A stretch of DNA of 62,118 nt, counting the filler, from Choristocarpus tenellus KU-1152 (taxonomy: Eukaryota > Protista > Phaeophyceae), in NCBI GenBank assembly GCA_964200185.2. It is 11 parts of 11 records of this genome, joined end to end, with 100 filler letters (N's around TTAATTAATTAA, not from the genome) between each part and the next. Parts side by side here need not be neighbours in the genome. Positions count along the whole stretch, not along the records: positions 24,508 to 28,426 come from CAXNAD020017147.1; positions 28,527 to 33,231 come from CAXNAD020013392.1; positions 33,332 to 38,744 come from CAXNAD020010862.1; 8 more parts are not named here. One strand, 5' to 3'. This document shows, piece by piece, positions 24,869 to 37,400 of the stretch. The position numbers and the translations under genes were made by a program. Positions within the stretch are counted from its first letter, which is position 1, and each line of letters begins with the position of its first letter. Under the pieces are notes generated by a model, which was not told the origin of the DNA, searched no databases, and saw only the letters and a program-made list of their open reading frames with translations.

Positions 24869-27587
24869 TTACAACACCCCTGCCCTCCCCTGCACTCTTA
24901 TCACGACCCACACCAATTCCAGTATTGACCCTGGCCATGTCGCTTGCCATAGGTTCCGCTCCCCATTCTCCGCCCGCTTGCACTCATCACTCCCTTGACA
25001 CCTATCGACTGGCTGACTGTCCGAGCCTTGGAGTAGAATATCCCCGCCCAGACCTTTTGATAGAAAGAGTCTCTTTATTGCCTCCACCACGATATCCTCC
25101 TCATCAACTTCCTCCTCCTGGTCATCCTCTCCCCTCAGCACTTCTGTTTTGCCCGTGGAGCTCTTGCCCTTCTCCCAAGATTCTCCACAGATTCTACCGG
25201 AACCTTCCCCATTCCACGCTGGAACGACTTCAAGGTTTTCATTCCTTATGACACCATGGTTCGGAAAGCATTTCACAGGCTGGGATGTTTCCTCTTTATC
25301 TCCAGTTTGGGATGAGACTGTGATCCCATTGCCCCAATTCATGTGTGTGGTCATGGCGACCTTGGAGTCTACTGGTGGAGGGAGCCTGTCAAAGTCTGTG
25401 GAGTTGTAAAAGCAATAGGCGAGGAGTGAAAGTAATGGTGTTATCTCTATTGTGGGATCTTGCACTGCAACTGTCTTCTATAAAAAATGGTTACATACCC
25501 ACAGATGTTGCTGAAAATAACCCGCCAACAAACCATGCTAACAGAATAGAAACTCCTGTAAAAGAAAAAACATTTATCACAAACGCATCCGTTACGCTAC
25601 AAGCCTTGACGTCTTAATCAACCCTGACTCTCTCCTGTCCAAAACGATTCATCCGCACACTATGACCCCTTGAACCACCATTACTAACCAGATACAGTTT
25701 CGTCATCCAGGCTCTCCAGTTGTGGAACGGTTTGAATCACAATCTGGCGATAATTTGGAACCCGGGATACAGGGTTTCCCGATAAGTTAAGGGACCACAA
25801 GTGGGGGCATGTCCCCAGCTGACTAGCTTGCTCAGTGCCCAAAATGCGGTTACTCTCTAGGTCCAACACCTGTCCTCAGTACAGAGTAGATGTGACGGCC
25901 ATAGGTTGGGGGGCCAGGAAGAGTGCACAGGTGAGCTTGTCACAGAAGCCACTGAATACAAAAGGTGCCCGCTGTTGACACCTGTGTCTGCCTTTTGAGA
26001 ATAATTTGATGTGTGTGTATGCCCCCAATGCCCTCACTAAATTAGACTGTTTCCATGGACGTATCACTACACACACACAAATAGTGATGTATTGTAGCAT
26101 TGAAAGACTGAATGCTCTAGCGCATTAATGCGGTTTTTTTTTGCTATACTAAGGATGTAATTAAGACAATTTGGGTGTTTGATCTCTCAAGAACATGCGA
26201 ACATTTTCTCCTTATGTTGAACATCCAACTAAGCTCTACAGTACACCATGCATAATCCAGTATGTAGTGTTGTGTGAGAAGAAAGGATTGATAAGAAGAA
26301 GTTCTACCAACTTGAAAATATTGCTGTACCTAGATGTTATCGAAATGTACACATAGGGGACAAATTGAGGTGCACAAATCAGTGAGATCTGTGAAAAGGA
26401 TGTGTAGTGCACAAGCAGGAGCAAAATATCATTTGAAAATGACCCTTCAGTGACTATTTGTGATTAAGTTAAATTGTAACTTTCATTCACTACAATTCAT
26501 AATGTTCCGAAGCATTTAAGAGGGTAGGGCTGTGTCCGTTTGGGGTCATAAATCCATAGCTGTGATTTCGATGTAATTTTGGTTATCGTGTTTGTTTGTA
26601 AGTCTCAATATCCTTGCTCCAGACACACCCTTTGTAGTCATGTACATTACCTACTATGAAATGTTTTGGAGTAGGTAACTGTGTTTACAGAAAACCGAAA
26701 AAAGGGCACAAAAACCCACGGGAAGCCAAGCCCACAAACTGACAAACAGGGGTAATCTCCTACCCTTTGAAATGCTATGGATCAACACTATCAGTGTGGG
26801 AGTGCAAGCACACAATGATTCCACATACATCCGAGGGCATTTCTGGTGCGCATGACTGACCCTCAGGCATACCCTGCGTCTGCCTGGCTTACAGGTACGT
26901 GGGTAAGCCTACATGCCACACACTTAACATATTTCAGTAGCTACAACGGTTAGAGGTGTGAAGACTAAAAGTCTGTGTCCAACTAGGCAGGGGGGCATCA
27001 TAGGTTCAGTATAAATTCTCTGCACTTGGTATATTGTTATTTCCCCCTTCAAGCGTTTGTGGTGAAGCCCCAACTCAAATAACCTTGGGATTTCAACGTT
27101 ATAGCACATTCAAGACTAAAGAAGGGTTTGGGACAAATTGATCCTTGGTTGGTCAAACCACCACCCACAGTATAAAATAATAGCACGAGATGTCACTGCC
27201 TACTCCATGATGCAGACTTTCAAACGGGACCCTAGTGTGTGCGTGGGCTGTGAGAACCCCTACCCCAACAAAAGCTAGACACAAGACCGAAGGCAATAGC
27301 CCTAACCTCAACAGTGTGCTACTATTCCCCTCCCTCCTCACACTGACCTCGAGGCACTCGTGCATAGCAATGGCAGTCAAGTCTTCCACATCGTTGAATG
27401 CCAGGTACAGCTCTCGCAGTCCTGACAGTGCCCCGACCCCATCCAAGTCTGTCACGCAACATGCGCGCGCCCACATCACCTGTAGCACCCGGAGACTGGT
27501 ACCCAGGTCCCGGAACGAGGCGAGGATGCTCCCATCAGAGAGTTGTAGTTCAACAAGAGAGGGCAGCAGATGACCCAGCTGCTCCAC
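24869..27587 (-). CDS. LRRC56: Leucine-rich repeat protein LRRC56/ODA8 (outer dynein arm assembly), partial; exons 27587-27348, 25869-25689, 25395 to an uncertain end (ORF stop at 24869)
   Basis: VEQLGHLLPSLVELQLSDGSILASFRDLGTSLRVLQVMWARACCVTDLDGVGALSGLRELYLAFNDVEDL...LE|VLDLESNRI...LNLSGNPVSRVPNYRQIVIQTVPQLESLDD matches the LRRC56 signature RDLGTSL..LQVLW..DLDG; splice phases 0, 0, 1 are consistent. Confidence 0.88.
26504..26783 (+). mobile_element. Divergent subfamily of MITE A in an LRRC56 intron
   Basis: Interior aligns with family A, but both TIRs are altered in concert (TCCGAAGCATTTAAGAGGGTAG / CTACCCTTTGAAATGCTATGGA). Confidence 0.8.
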
Positions 27588-27769
27588 CTTTGTTTTACTC
27601 CAGAAGGAGAAAGGGTATGTAAGTAGAGGAGGAGTGGCGTATAGATTGTTGTGGGATGTGAGTAGGGTACATTTCCATTGTGCAGGGTGTGTTGTGGGGT
27701 GCGGCAATCCTCAGGGCCTGGTAAATGTTTCAAGCTACAGAGAACAGTTGTGCACCGATCACATTTATT

Positions 27770-28186
27770 GGTTCAAAGTATCTGGTGTATGTGTGTGTGT
27801 GGCGACTGTCCATTCGGGGCCCATTGTTACATGTCGCGATTTTTGGGTGGAGTCAAAGTATCTTAGAGGGTAGAGCTGCGTCCATTTGGGAGTCAAATCC
27901 AATGTTGCGATTTTGATGTAATGTTGGCTATCATGTTTGTTAGGAAGTGTCAATATCCTTGTTCCCACCTTATTAAAAGGTATACATTTACCTACTCCGA
28001 AACATTTCGGAGTAGGAAAATGTCATAAAGAACCCGTGAGAAGCCAAGCCCCAAATGGACAAAGAGGTCAAAACTCGGTACCCTCTAAGATACTTTCACT
28101 CGTGATTTGGTTGCATGCGTCAGATGGACAATGTATGTGCACTTTTCCTGTTCAGGGGCCGAATGGATACCCAGATACTTTGAGCC
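27770..28186 (+). mobile_element. MITE B carrying a nested MITE A (27850-28101, TSD GTG)
   Basis: Removing the A copy and one GTG restores the B consensus ...GGTGATTTGGTTGCAT. Confidence 0.92.
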
Positions 28187-28555
28187 AATACTACTGCAAA
28201 ATATCAACGGTGATGAATGACTTGATATGTCTTGGTGTGTCAAGGACAATGCAATAAACCAGTACTATGCTGCTGGTGCGTATTTGCAGTTTGATCCAAT
28301 CAATCTTAGCCTCAAAGTATCTGGGGGGGGGTGGCGACTGTCCATTTGGGGCCGATTTTTTGGTGATTTGGTTGCATACGTTGGATGTATAATGTAAGTG
28401 CACTTTTCCTGGTTATGGACCAAATGNNNNNNNNNNNNNNNNNNNNNNNNNNNNNNNNNNNNNNNNNNNNTTAATTAATTAANNNNNNNNNNNNNNNNNN
28501 NNNNNNNNNNNNNNNNNNNNNNNNNNCGCCATCAAGACATATCGCCTGTGACAGC

Positions 28556-30880
28556 TCTGTTGTTTGAACTTAGCTCCAGCTCTACATACCGCATACCAGT
28601 GGAGACTTGGGAGAAATGTTTTGAATTTGAAGAACTAGTTTTGCATTGCTAGATGTGTGAAAAGTGTTGCTTAACCATTACTACAGCCCAACACTCAACA
28701 CATACAAGTGAAGAACCGAGAGGCAATATTCTGAACAGTATATCCCAAGTATCCGCTACACAATTAACAGCCGATTTCAAAAAATGAGGATGGAGCTTTT
28801 CATTGAGGATGGAGCTTTTCATTGAGGATGGAGCTTTTCATTGAGGATGGGCTTGACCCAAAATTGACTGGGATAAAGTGTCGATATATATATTTTTTGT
28901 ATTGACAATTTTTGAAATCGGCTGTTAATTGGATGTATTCAAAACTGTTGTTTGATTGTTTCTCCCGCCCTGCACTCACCTCATATCAGTGGTGCCTTGA
29001 TGGGAAGCATTTTTTTCTATATAGTCGATGTTTCAGTTTCACATAGTTGAGATAGATCCCAAACTGTTGTTTGATTGTTACTTCCGCCCAACAGTCACAG
29101 CATACTAATGGTTACGTGATGTGCAACGTTTTGAACATTATATCCTACATGTCAGTTGTACATCAATTGGATGCATGAAAAACTGTCGCTTGACCATTAC
29201 TACCACTCGAAATTCACCAAACGTAAGTGTTTATTTGAGGAGCAACGTTTTGAACTATATATCCCAAGTATCAGTTATACATCGCCTGGATGGATCCAAA
29301 ACTGTTGCTTGGCTTTAAATACCGTTCTACAGTTTCAATCTACCAGTGGAGAAGTCACTCGAGGGGTAATGCTTTGAACTATATATCCAAGTATCAGCTA
29401 CACATCCCATGGTTGCACCCAAAACTGTTGTTTGATGGTTACTCCCGGCTTACATTCACCACATGCTGGTGGTTACTTGAGGGGCAACGTTTTGAACTGT
29501 GTATCTTAAATATCAGTTACACATCGCTTGGATGGATCGAAGGCTGTTGTTTGACCGCTACTCCCATGCTACACTCACCACAAACCAGGTGAGACTTGAA
29601 GGGCGATATTATGAGCTATACATCCGAAGTATCAGCGACACATCGCCTTGGATCGATTCAATACTGTTGCTTGATCTCTACTCTGGACCTGCATTTACCA
29701 CATACCAATGGAATCTTGAGGGGCGACATCTTGAACTATATTCTACTACGAGTGACAAAAATCCGTGCGTAGAGGGGGAAATGTCGTATAATTCGATAAT
29801 TGTACTTGCAAAGGTTTAAATATTGAAACTGCTTGGTACTGCTTGCTCATCCAGTGTAACACTATAGTATAAATAATCCTGCTTTTTCCCTATCAAACTC
29901 AGTTTATTTTGTAAGAAATATTTGGTATACCATCTTGTCAACAAATTTATCCTTCAAGTAGCAATTATCTGTATCACTTTTAATCTTAAATAAGTGTTTT
30001 CATGGCAAAGTGAAATAGAATTTATCTTATTAAGTCTTTTGCTATATAAAATGCAATGCCACTAATTATTTTTTATACATTTTATTTTCCTACCCCGTGC
30101 CAATGTTTGTATTTCTTACCAGATTCACAAGGGCATAATAAATTTCTAGATTTTTTTCCCCAACTTTCTGGATTACTAGGATTGCAAGTATCCGTTACAT
30201 ATACTTGAATTGATCAAGAACGCATCTTGACCGTTACCCTCGCTCAATGCTCACCACATACCATTGATGAGTTGAACGGCTACATTTTGAACAATATATC
30301 CTAAGTATCAGTTACACATCACTTGGATGGAGTCAAACTGTTATTTGACCGTTTCTCTCGCCCAACTCTCAGTATGTACCGATGGTGATTTCAGACGCAA
30401 ACGTTTGAGCAACATACCCTAAGTATCAGCTACGCATCACTCGGAACTTTCTAAGACAGTTTTTTTACCGTTACTCTCGCCCTATACTTACCACATACCA
30501 AGGGCGACTTGAGCTCTAACATTGCGAACTATATACCCTGAATACCAGTTACCAAACTCTTCAATGGGTTCAAAATATTGTTTGACCGTAATACCTGCCT
30601 AATGTCCTCAAGATACTAATGTTCACTTGAGCAACAATATTTTGAACTATATATCCTAAGAGTCGGTTACATATCACACGGACGGATCCAAAGTGTTGAA
30701 CCATTGCACCCGCTCAACATCCATAAATTTCAAATGGTGACTTGAGGGGCAACATTTTGAACTATGTATCCTGATTTCAGTTACAGACCAGTTGGATAAA
30801 ATACTGGTGTTGAACAGTTTCTCCTGACCAAAATCCACAACGTACCAGTGGTGACTTTTGGGATGAAAACTCGATTTAAT
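28556..30880. repeat. Diverged ~119-120-bp tandem satellite, roughly 16 units, interrupted by MITE D (28766-28926) and an AT-rich insert (~29750-30185)
   Basis: Consensus ACTGTTGTTTGACCGTTACTCCCG...CACATACCAGTGGTGACTTGAGGGGCAACGTTTTGAACTATATATCCCAAGTATCAGTTACACATCGCTTGGATGGATCCAAA recurs at about 28944, 29063, 29182, 29301, 29424, 29544, 29663, 30337, 30456, 30575. Confidence 0.9.
28766..28926. mobile_element. MITE family D, TSD AATT, four internal 19-bp repeats
   Basis: AATT-AACAGCCG...CGGCTGTT-AATT; ATTGAGGATGGAGCTTTTC repeated. Confidence 0.88.
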
Positions 30881-32383
30881 AATATAACGGATTTCCATCA
30901 ATAATTGCATTCTATACCGACCTGAATGGTGTAATAGTGAAGTCTCTCGTCTATTTTGCATCAATTCTGATCAGAGTCAGTTGATTCCTACAATCAATAA
31001 CCATTTGCTTTGCAGTATCTCAACAGGGTAGATATCATAGTTCTACAAGCAGATATTTTCCCAGACTTGTTGGTCACCCATGTGGTAGGGGAGGAGAGTG
31101 GTTGGGGTTTAAAGTCCGAAAGAGACTGCCAACACTCATTTGGGACAGGTATTCTTCATCGCTGCACTAGTAACTCTTTCAAGGCATGTCAAACACTGGG
31201 AAGGTGGGCACGAAGGGGTCTGACAGATTCTTGGGACTCTACCTCCTCACTCACCTACATGGACAGGCCTAGGCTGGGGGTATAGCAGTGTGAACACTGG
31301 TTAGTAGAGAAGAATCCCCCACGGGACTCTGACCCAAACTAATTGAGAGGTAAGTAGGGTTGCACTATAAGGATCCCAAGGAAAGGGTAAAATAGTCCAT
31401 TTTGTACAACTGGATAAATATGTTTGCTTAAATTTGGTGTCACTTCGTTTGTGGAAAGGGGGAATACAAATTTTGCGTACAATGTAGTAGTCCACACAAA
31501 GCAATGAAATAGGATAAGAAAGTTGGATTAGAACGCTATAGGGCCCAAACATTTCTACCACTCAATTTCTTTGGCTCTTTGTTGTATGCAGAGTATTTTT
31601 TTTGTTATACAGTATGTATTTGAAGGCCCTTTGCAATAAAAACTGCTGTATCCAAAGTCTTGTGTTGCAGTTTTGGTCCCTGTTTTTTCTCCCATCTGAC
31701 ACATCTGTTACAGGCGCCCCTCAATGCTCACCTTCCCAGGATGTACAAGTCAAGTCCAATTCACAGATTATCGAACGTCAGCTCAGCAGAAGAGGGGTAC
31801 TCTCAATGAATCAATCAGTATAAGAAATGTATATGATTTTCGATATCAGAAAGAGAAAATTGAATTGGTAGGGCTCTCTTGGTCAGAAGAACTGAGCCGT
31901 TTGGAGGATCTCTTATCATCATTTACCGTTGGGGCTTCTTTGGTTTACAAACATTGGAATATATTTGAGAAGCTTTGAGACCTTTCCATCTGGGACCCTT
32001 TGCAACGACCCGAGTTACAGACTTTATTCTGCAACTTTTAGGAAAATCGGAGTTCCCCCTTTTGGGGTTCCCCACGCGCGTATGTATACTGCTCGCGCTG
32101 GTTAAAGCGTGGGAAGAAATACTCACGCTATTCACCTGTAACACATCTTCTAAACTTCAGTGGGCACAAAGGGGCCTGACAAATTCTTGGGCTCTTCCCT
32201 AGGTCCTTGCCTACCTTAAAGCTTGCTGGGAGAATAGCAGTGTGAACATTGGATAGTAGAGAACAATCTCATAGGAACATTTTGTAGTTTTAGTTTTCAA
32301 ATGGTTAATATTTTAAGGAGGTATATCTTATCCGCGACAACTCTTGTATCCATAGTTCTAATGTTGTAGTTTTCATACGTTAG

Positions 32384-32569
32384 GACCCAAAGTATCTGGG
32401 AAGGGGGGGGGGGGGAGTCTATACTAGGGAGTACATTTGAACCAAAATCAGGAAAAGTGCATTTACATTATCCCTCTGACGTATGCAACCAAGTCACCAA
32501 AAAATCGCGACATGGAAAAATTGACCCCAAATGGACACAGCCGCCACCCCCTCCCAGATACTTTGAGTC
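32384..32569 (-). mobile_element. MITE family B, TSD TAG
   Basis: Both TIRs; TAG/TAG flanks. Confidence 0.92.
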
Positions 32570-35229
32570 TAGACAAATCAAATCTGATTTGTGGCGTACA
32601 AAATTAATCGACCAAAAATCAATGCTCGCTCTTGTTGTAGATCTGAGTTATCCACGTTGGCGCACATCACAAATCAAAGATCTCGGAGTAAACTCTTTCA
32701 TGTGTGGATCCCAATCGTTTGTTGTACCCATTCACATTTCTGAGAGTGGTGTGGGACAAATCTTCCCACAACACGAGAAGGTTTTGGCGAATCAACATAT
32801 TGTCATCTGTATAACTTGGATCACAAGCACAAATTGTGCAGAGATTCAAATGATATATCTGTACCAGGGAACCGTTTGTACGTGTACTTCATTGATAGGA
32901 CGTTTCCACAGGAGGAGTGATGGTACCGATAATCGATATATGTACAGTAAGCACTAATATACGTGTACAATTCAATTATCAATAGTTAAAGGGCAATCCC
33001 ATCAGGTATGGATCGATTCTTGGGACATGACACACTAGTGGCGTGATGTCAACCACTGCACAACAACGTGCCTGTGTAGAAGGGCGGATACTATAACTTA
33101 TACAAGCATGAAACAAAAGAGAACAAAGTACTGACTGTACAAAATTATGGCAGTAACTACAATTAACAGCCGATCACCGAAATTGAGGATGGAGCATACT
33201 ATGGAGGATGGGTTTGACCGAAAATGGTGCGNNNNNNNNNNNNNNNNNNNNNNNNNNNNNNNNNNNNNNNNNNNNTTAATTAATTAANNNNNNNNNNNNN
33301 NNNNNNNNNNNNNNNNNNNNNNNNNNNNNNNGGGGGTGGGGCGGGGGGGGGGGGGTGGGTGGGGGGGGGGGGGGGGGGGGGGGGTGGGACAGGGGTGAGC
33401 ATCAGAGGGGACGGACACGTATGAATTTTGGACTTGGTGGTGCACGCCTTCCCAAGGGGGGCTCCATGCCCAGATCTTCCTCACAGTTGGAAGGCATTGA
33501 TTTGTCTCATCCGACGCCATCCCTTACGCAGGCTCAGATACAGCGTACCTTCAAGTCAAAGCACAACGGGTTCAAGAATAGTTGCTATGGGAAGACATCG
33601 TCCTCAACTGATTTGGGGAGGTGAGAAGAAGTGACGGGAGTTAGGGGTCACAGGGTAGTTTTAATTTTTGTTTATTAGGTCTGGTCGTGGGTTGAGTTTT
33701 ACCGATCATGTGTTTATCGAAAGCATCTGTGAAAAAGGAGGCGCGCGCGCGCGCGTGTGTGTGTGTGTTTTTGCGGCGTTTTTGTTTTTAGTCACTTGAG
33801 GGCTGTCGTTGCCTCCAGACTTGACGAAATCACATCGTGTTTTGAAGTGCTGGTGTCCCTGACGATGATGCCCTGGTATGTTTCTGAATGTGCCCTGCAT
33901 GACCATGTGTGATCTTTTCCTCGTTTGGGTTAGGGTTAGGGTTAGCTGACATTTGTTTGTGCATCGATACACATCCCACCTATGCCCAGGTTTATCCGTA
34001 AGGGCTACAACGGACTCGGGGGGAGGCACACAGTGTTTGCTCCCCCTGACCACAAGAATAAAGTCTACAGCTTGGACCCATAGGGATGATGCTGCCCTTG
34101 AGGATGGGATCCTGTGCCATAACCATCTTCCCGCTGTTGGAGCCTTTTGCTCGAGCTCTTGCTTGTTTCCTGCAAGTATGATATACCTTTGTGTTGTGGC
34201 AAATGCTGCAGGGCATTATATATTGTCAGTTTTTTTCTGTGGAGAGGAGGAAGGGTGTGAGTTTGACCAACGAGCCGTTGCAGTGACTGTTGCTCCCTAT
34301 TTTTCTGTTCGGACTGTCAAAGGGGGGGGGTGGAGGGGGAGGGGGTTGGAGGATAATCTCGTAATGAGAGAGAAGAGGAAACTGTGGGTTATTTGATAGG
34401 GTTTTGTACCATTATTGTAGCGTGGTATGAGGAAGTGTTGGACTGAGAGAGTGATCCAGCACCGTCTATATGAACAGACCTGCAACGGGTGTCATACCGA
34501 CAGGTAACAAACAGCCTATTGTCTATACTATTGGGCAAATTGAGGCTGGTGAGAAGATATGGGCGATCTCTGAGGAGGTGGTTCGCTGTTCTATGTTAAC
34601 CCACTCTGAAGGCCTTGATTTGTTCATTGTTGGTTTGCCCTCTTGCCAACTCCTCGTACAGTGCTGTGATGGAACTTGGAGGGCGGGAAGGGCAGATGGT
34701 GTATTTGTTTTTTGAGAAGGTTTGTGTACAGTGTGATGATGTGAAGGGTATTTTCAAGGGGTCCAGTACTGAACAGGTTTTCCGTTGGTCGTTCTCTGCT
34801 AGGTTGCTGCAGAAAAGTCCCATCACTATTAATAGTCCCGAGTCTGTTGATTTTTCCCCCTAGTATGTACTGTCTTTGGAGCTTGCCTGAGGGTGCTCCA
34901 GCAGTTGAGGCAAAGGCGAGTGAAGAGATTAGCGGGAAGTCCTGCTTGTCTTTTGAGGAGGAGTCTGTTCTTGGTCTCTGTTTTTGTGACGATAAGCTTG
35001 CTGGCCATGTCCAAGGTTCACCCACAGGTGTGTATAGATGTTGAGAGTGTTTGTTGTTACTTTGAAATACTTGCGGGGGGGCTGTGTACAAAACTAGAGT
35101 GATTTTCTTCTTTTTGTGACTGCCTACAGAGTCACCCTATCTTATAGGGGGGTATGTGAAGTCCTCTGGCGCAGTTGGGGGGGTGTTTTGTGGAGAGGTC
35201 CAATGAGGAGGTTAGACAGATTTCAGAGA

Positions 35230-35474
35230 GAGAGGCGCTAACTTCACAGATACCACGGGGTAGCAACCCACAATTGAAGTTTACCCATATGCCTGAATGG
35301 GTTCATTACATAGATAGACCTTCCATGAAATTTCAGAGTAGTCAGCTCAATGCTGTACCATCTACTTTGACATTTCATGACCCTGAAGGTCCAGGTAATG
35401 AACCCATTCAGGCATATGGGTAAATTTCATTTGTGGGTTGCTACCCTATGGCATCTATGAAGTTAGCACCTCTC
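35230..35474. repeat. ~245-nt near-perfect hairpin
   Basis: 35230-35309 versus the reverse complement of 35395-35474 has 7 differences in 80 nt; the stem continues inward to a ~20-nt loop. Confidence 0.9.
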
Positions 35475-36337
35475 AATTGCACCCAGCCCCTAGATGGTCA
35501 TATCGTAGTCCTTGCGACTGACTGTCTTGTACGGTCCGTATGTACTTCTTGTGAGGACATCAAAATGCTCTTTTGTCCTTTGAGGCATCCTCCACTTACA
35601 CACCCTCCAACTTCTGACAAAGTTCTTCAATCACACAAACAGAAGCTCGCCCGTTTCGACCTAAGCTGTGCCTGGGTCCCCTTGGCACCTAGGTAGGACT
35701 TGATGGCTGTCAACCAAACGGCATAGTTGTCCTTGGTTAGCTGAGGAACCTTGGTTTTGTGTGTACATCCGAGGGCATCCGGGAGTGAGTGTAGAGGATG
35801 GACCATCCCAAAGCTCTAGTCTGACTGCGCGCCCCCCCTCTAGGTAGAGATAAGGCTGCTTAAGCATGTCCACACGGTGACAAAGAATGGAGGCTCATCA
35901 CCAAGCTGGACAACTGAGAGAGATGTGACTCACACGGTGAATTGTTATTTGATGGTAATGGTAGGAGTCAGATGACGCCACGATCACTACCTGATTCATC
36001 GTACCATGCATGGTACAATTTGGCTATATATATACTCCTCTGTCCCATAAGTCTGTTCAACGTCCAGTCAGTGAGTCATAACTCCAAATCCACAACGAGA
36101 TGCCATGCAAACAGGACACCATGTGAAAGCACCGGATCTGCTCTCTATCACTGTCTATTGGCAATTTGATTTTGGGCTGCAATCTGTTTTGAAAAATACG
36201 GCACTTTTTGGGGTAGCTCCACCCCAATTCTGGAGTGGCACAGCAAGGGTAGGGTGTTTTGCGACAACGAGAAAGGGCCAAACAGCAGCCAGATGGCCGA
36301 ACCTTGCAGCCCATCCAACTGTGGGGACTAAGGGGAG

Positions 36338-37400
36338 TTGTCTGTGGAGGGTCACCACACGTTGGTTGTGCGATACACTCTTATGTTGCCTCCTGGACAA
36401 AAGAACCTGCTGAGAGGTGTTGACTCGGTTCTCGAGAAGGAGTTCAAGGTCTCCAAAGGATACACCTCCAGGTTGTCGAACAAGGCAACGGAGCAGCTCA
36501 TCGCCAGCCACACACTGGTCCTTGACATCATGCTCTATTCTTTCTCAACCAAAGTCACACCACTTCAAGAAGAGGTCTGGTGCTCCCACAGTCTTCACAT
36601 GTCCTGACCCTGAGCATGACTTCGTCAGGAAGATCGTCATCTGGTGCGTTTGCATCGTCAAAGAAGCACAGAGGACAGCTGTCAATCACTAGCGGGGGGA
36701 CAAGTACAATGTTGATGTGACCATTAACTTGGAATGGTATCAGCAATGGTATGTCGAAAATTGCTGCCTGTCGTCAAGGAAAAGATGCCCTGGTCGGAAA
36801 CCCTCAACCTGACCGTGCAGCGGCACAGAGCGGCACCTCATACCAGCAACGACACCCCATGGAAGCTCAACAGAGCGGGGAAGAGCAATGGGTGGTACAT
36901 CAAACTTGAATGCAGTCGGCAAAGTCTCCAGACCTCAACACCCACTGATTGTCATCAACGGCATGCTCCTCTCTCACACACAACACGCACGCCATCGTAT
37001 TATGTGTAAATTAATAATGATTTATTGGACACATCATGTCCTATAAATCTACTCCAGTAAGGAATACTGTGACAGTGCTTTGAAGTAGCATCTAGTATTA
37101 TAATATTAGTTTTCAAGAGGGCAACCACAACGACTTGGGGTTTCTTAATTCGCTGATAAGCAGAGTTTGGAAGGAGCACTTCCGTACCGTGGAGGACATG
37201 GCCGCGGGCATTAGGATGCTTTTTGGCGAGTACCCTGCAGAGACTCTTCAGCGAGTGTGGCAGAGCCTGTTCAGTAAGTACAATCAGGTGTTGGTGGCTC
37301 TTGGAGGAAACGATTTCGAATTAGAATACTAGGGGGTTGGAAAGTCAGGGTCTCCTTAAAGTCGAAAAACATACATGGCAATCGACCAGCAGGCATCATA
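36338..37400 (+). pseudogene. Tc1/mariner-type DDD transposase pseudogene, interrupted at 36940-37121
   Basis: WYQQWYVE/KLLPVVKEKMPW...AAPHT...AGKSNGWYIKL...SPDLN|HNDLGFLNSL...LQRVWQSLFSKYNQVLVALGGNDF; frameshifted. Confidence 0.8.

Noticed and set aside
28556-30880. CRISPR-like regular spacing
   Set aside because: No constant repeat with unique spacers; whole units are homologous; eukaryotic context and no cas genes.
31724-31978. Possible Mutator-like transposase fragment (GLSWSEELSRLEDLLSSF)
   Set aside because: Too short and degenerate to support without a search.
33927-33945. TTAGGG runs (also near 41972, 43395, 43837, 51651) as telomeres
   Set aside because: Only 2-3 units each and internal; too short to call.
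33950-36300. Possible LINE RT/RNase H relic on the minus strand
   Set aside because: Only one frameshifted LYLEGGA...GW resemblance; no RT motifs recovered.
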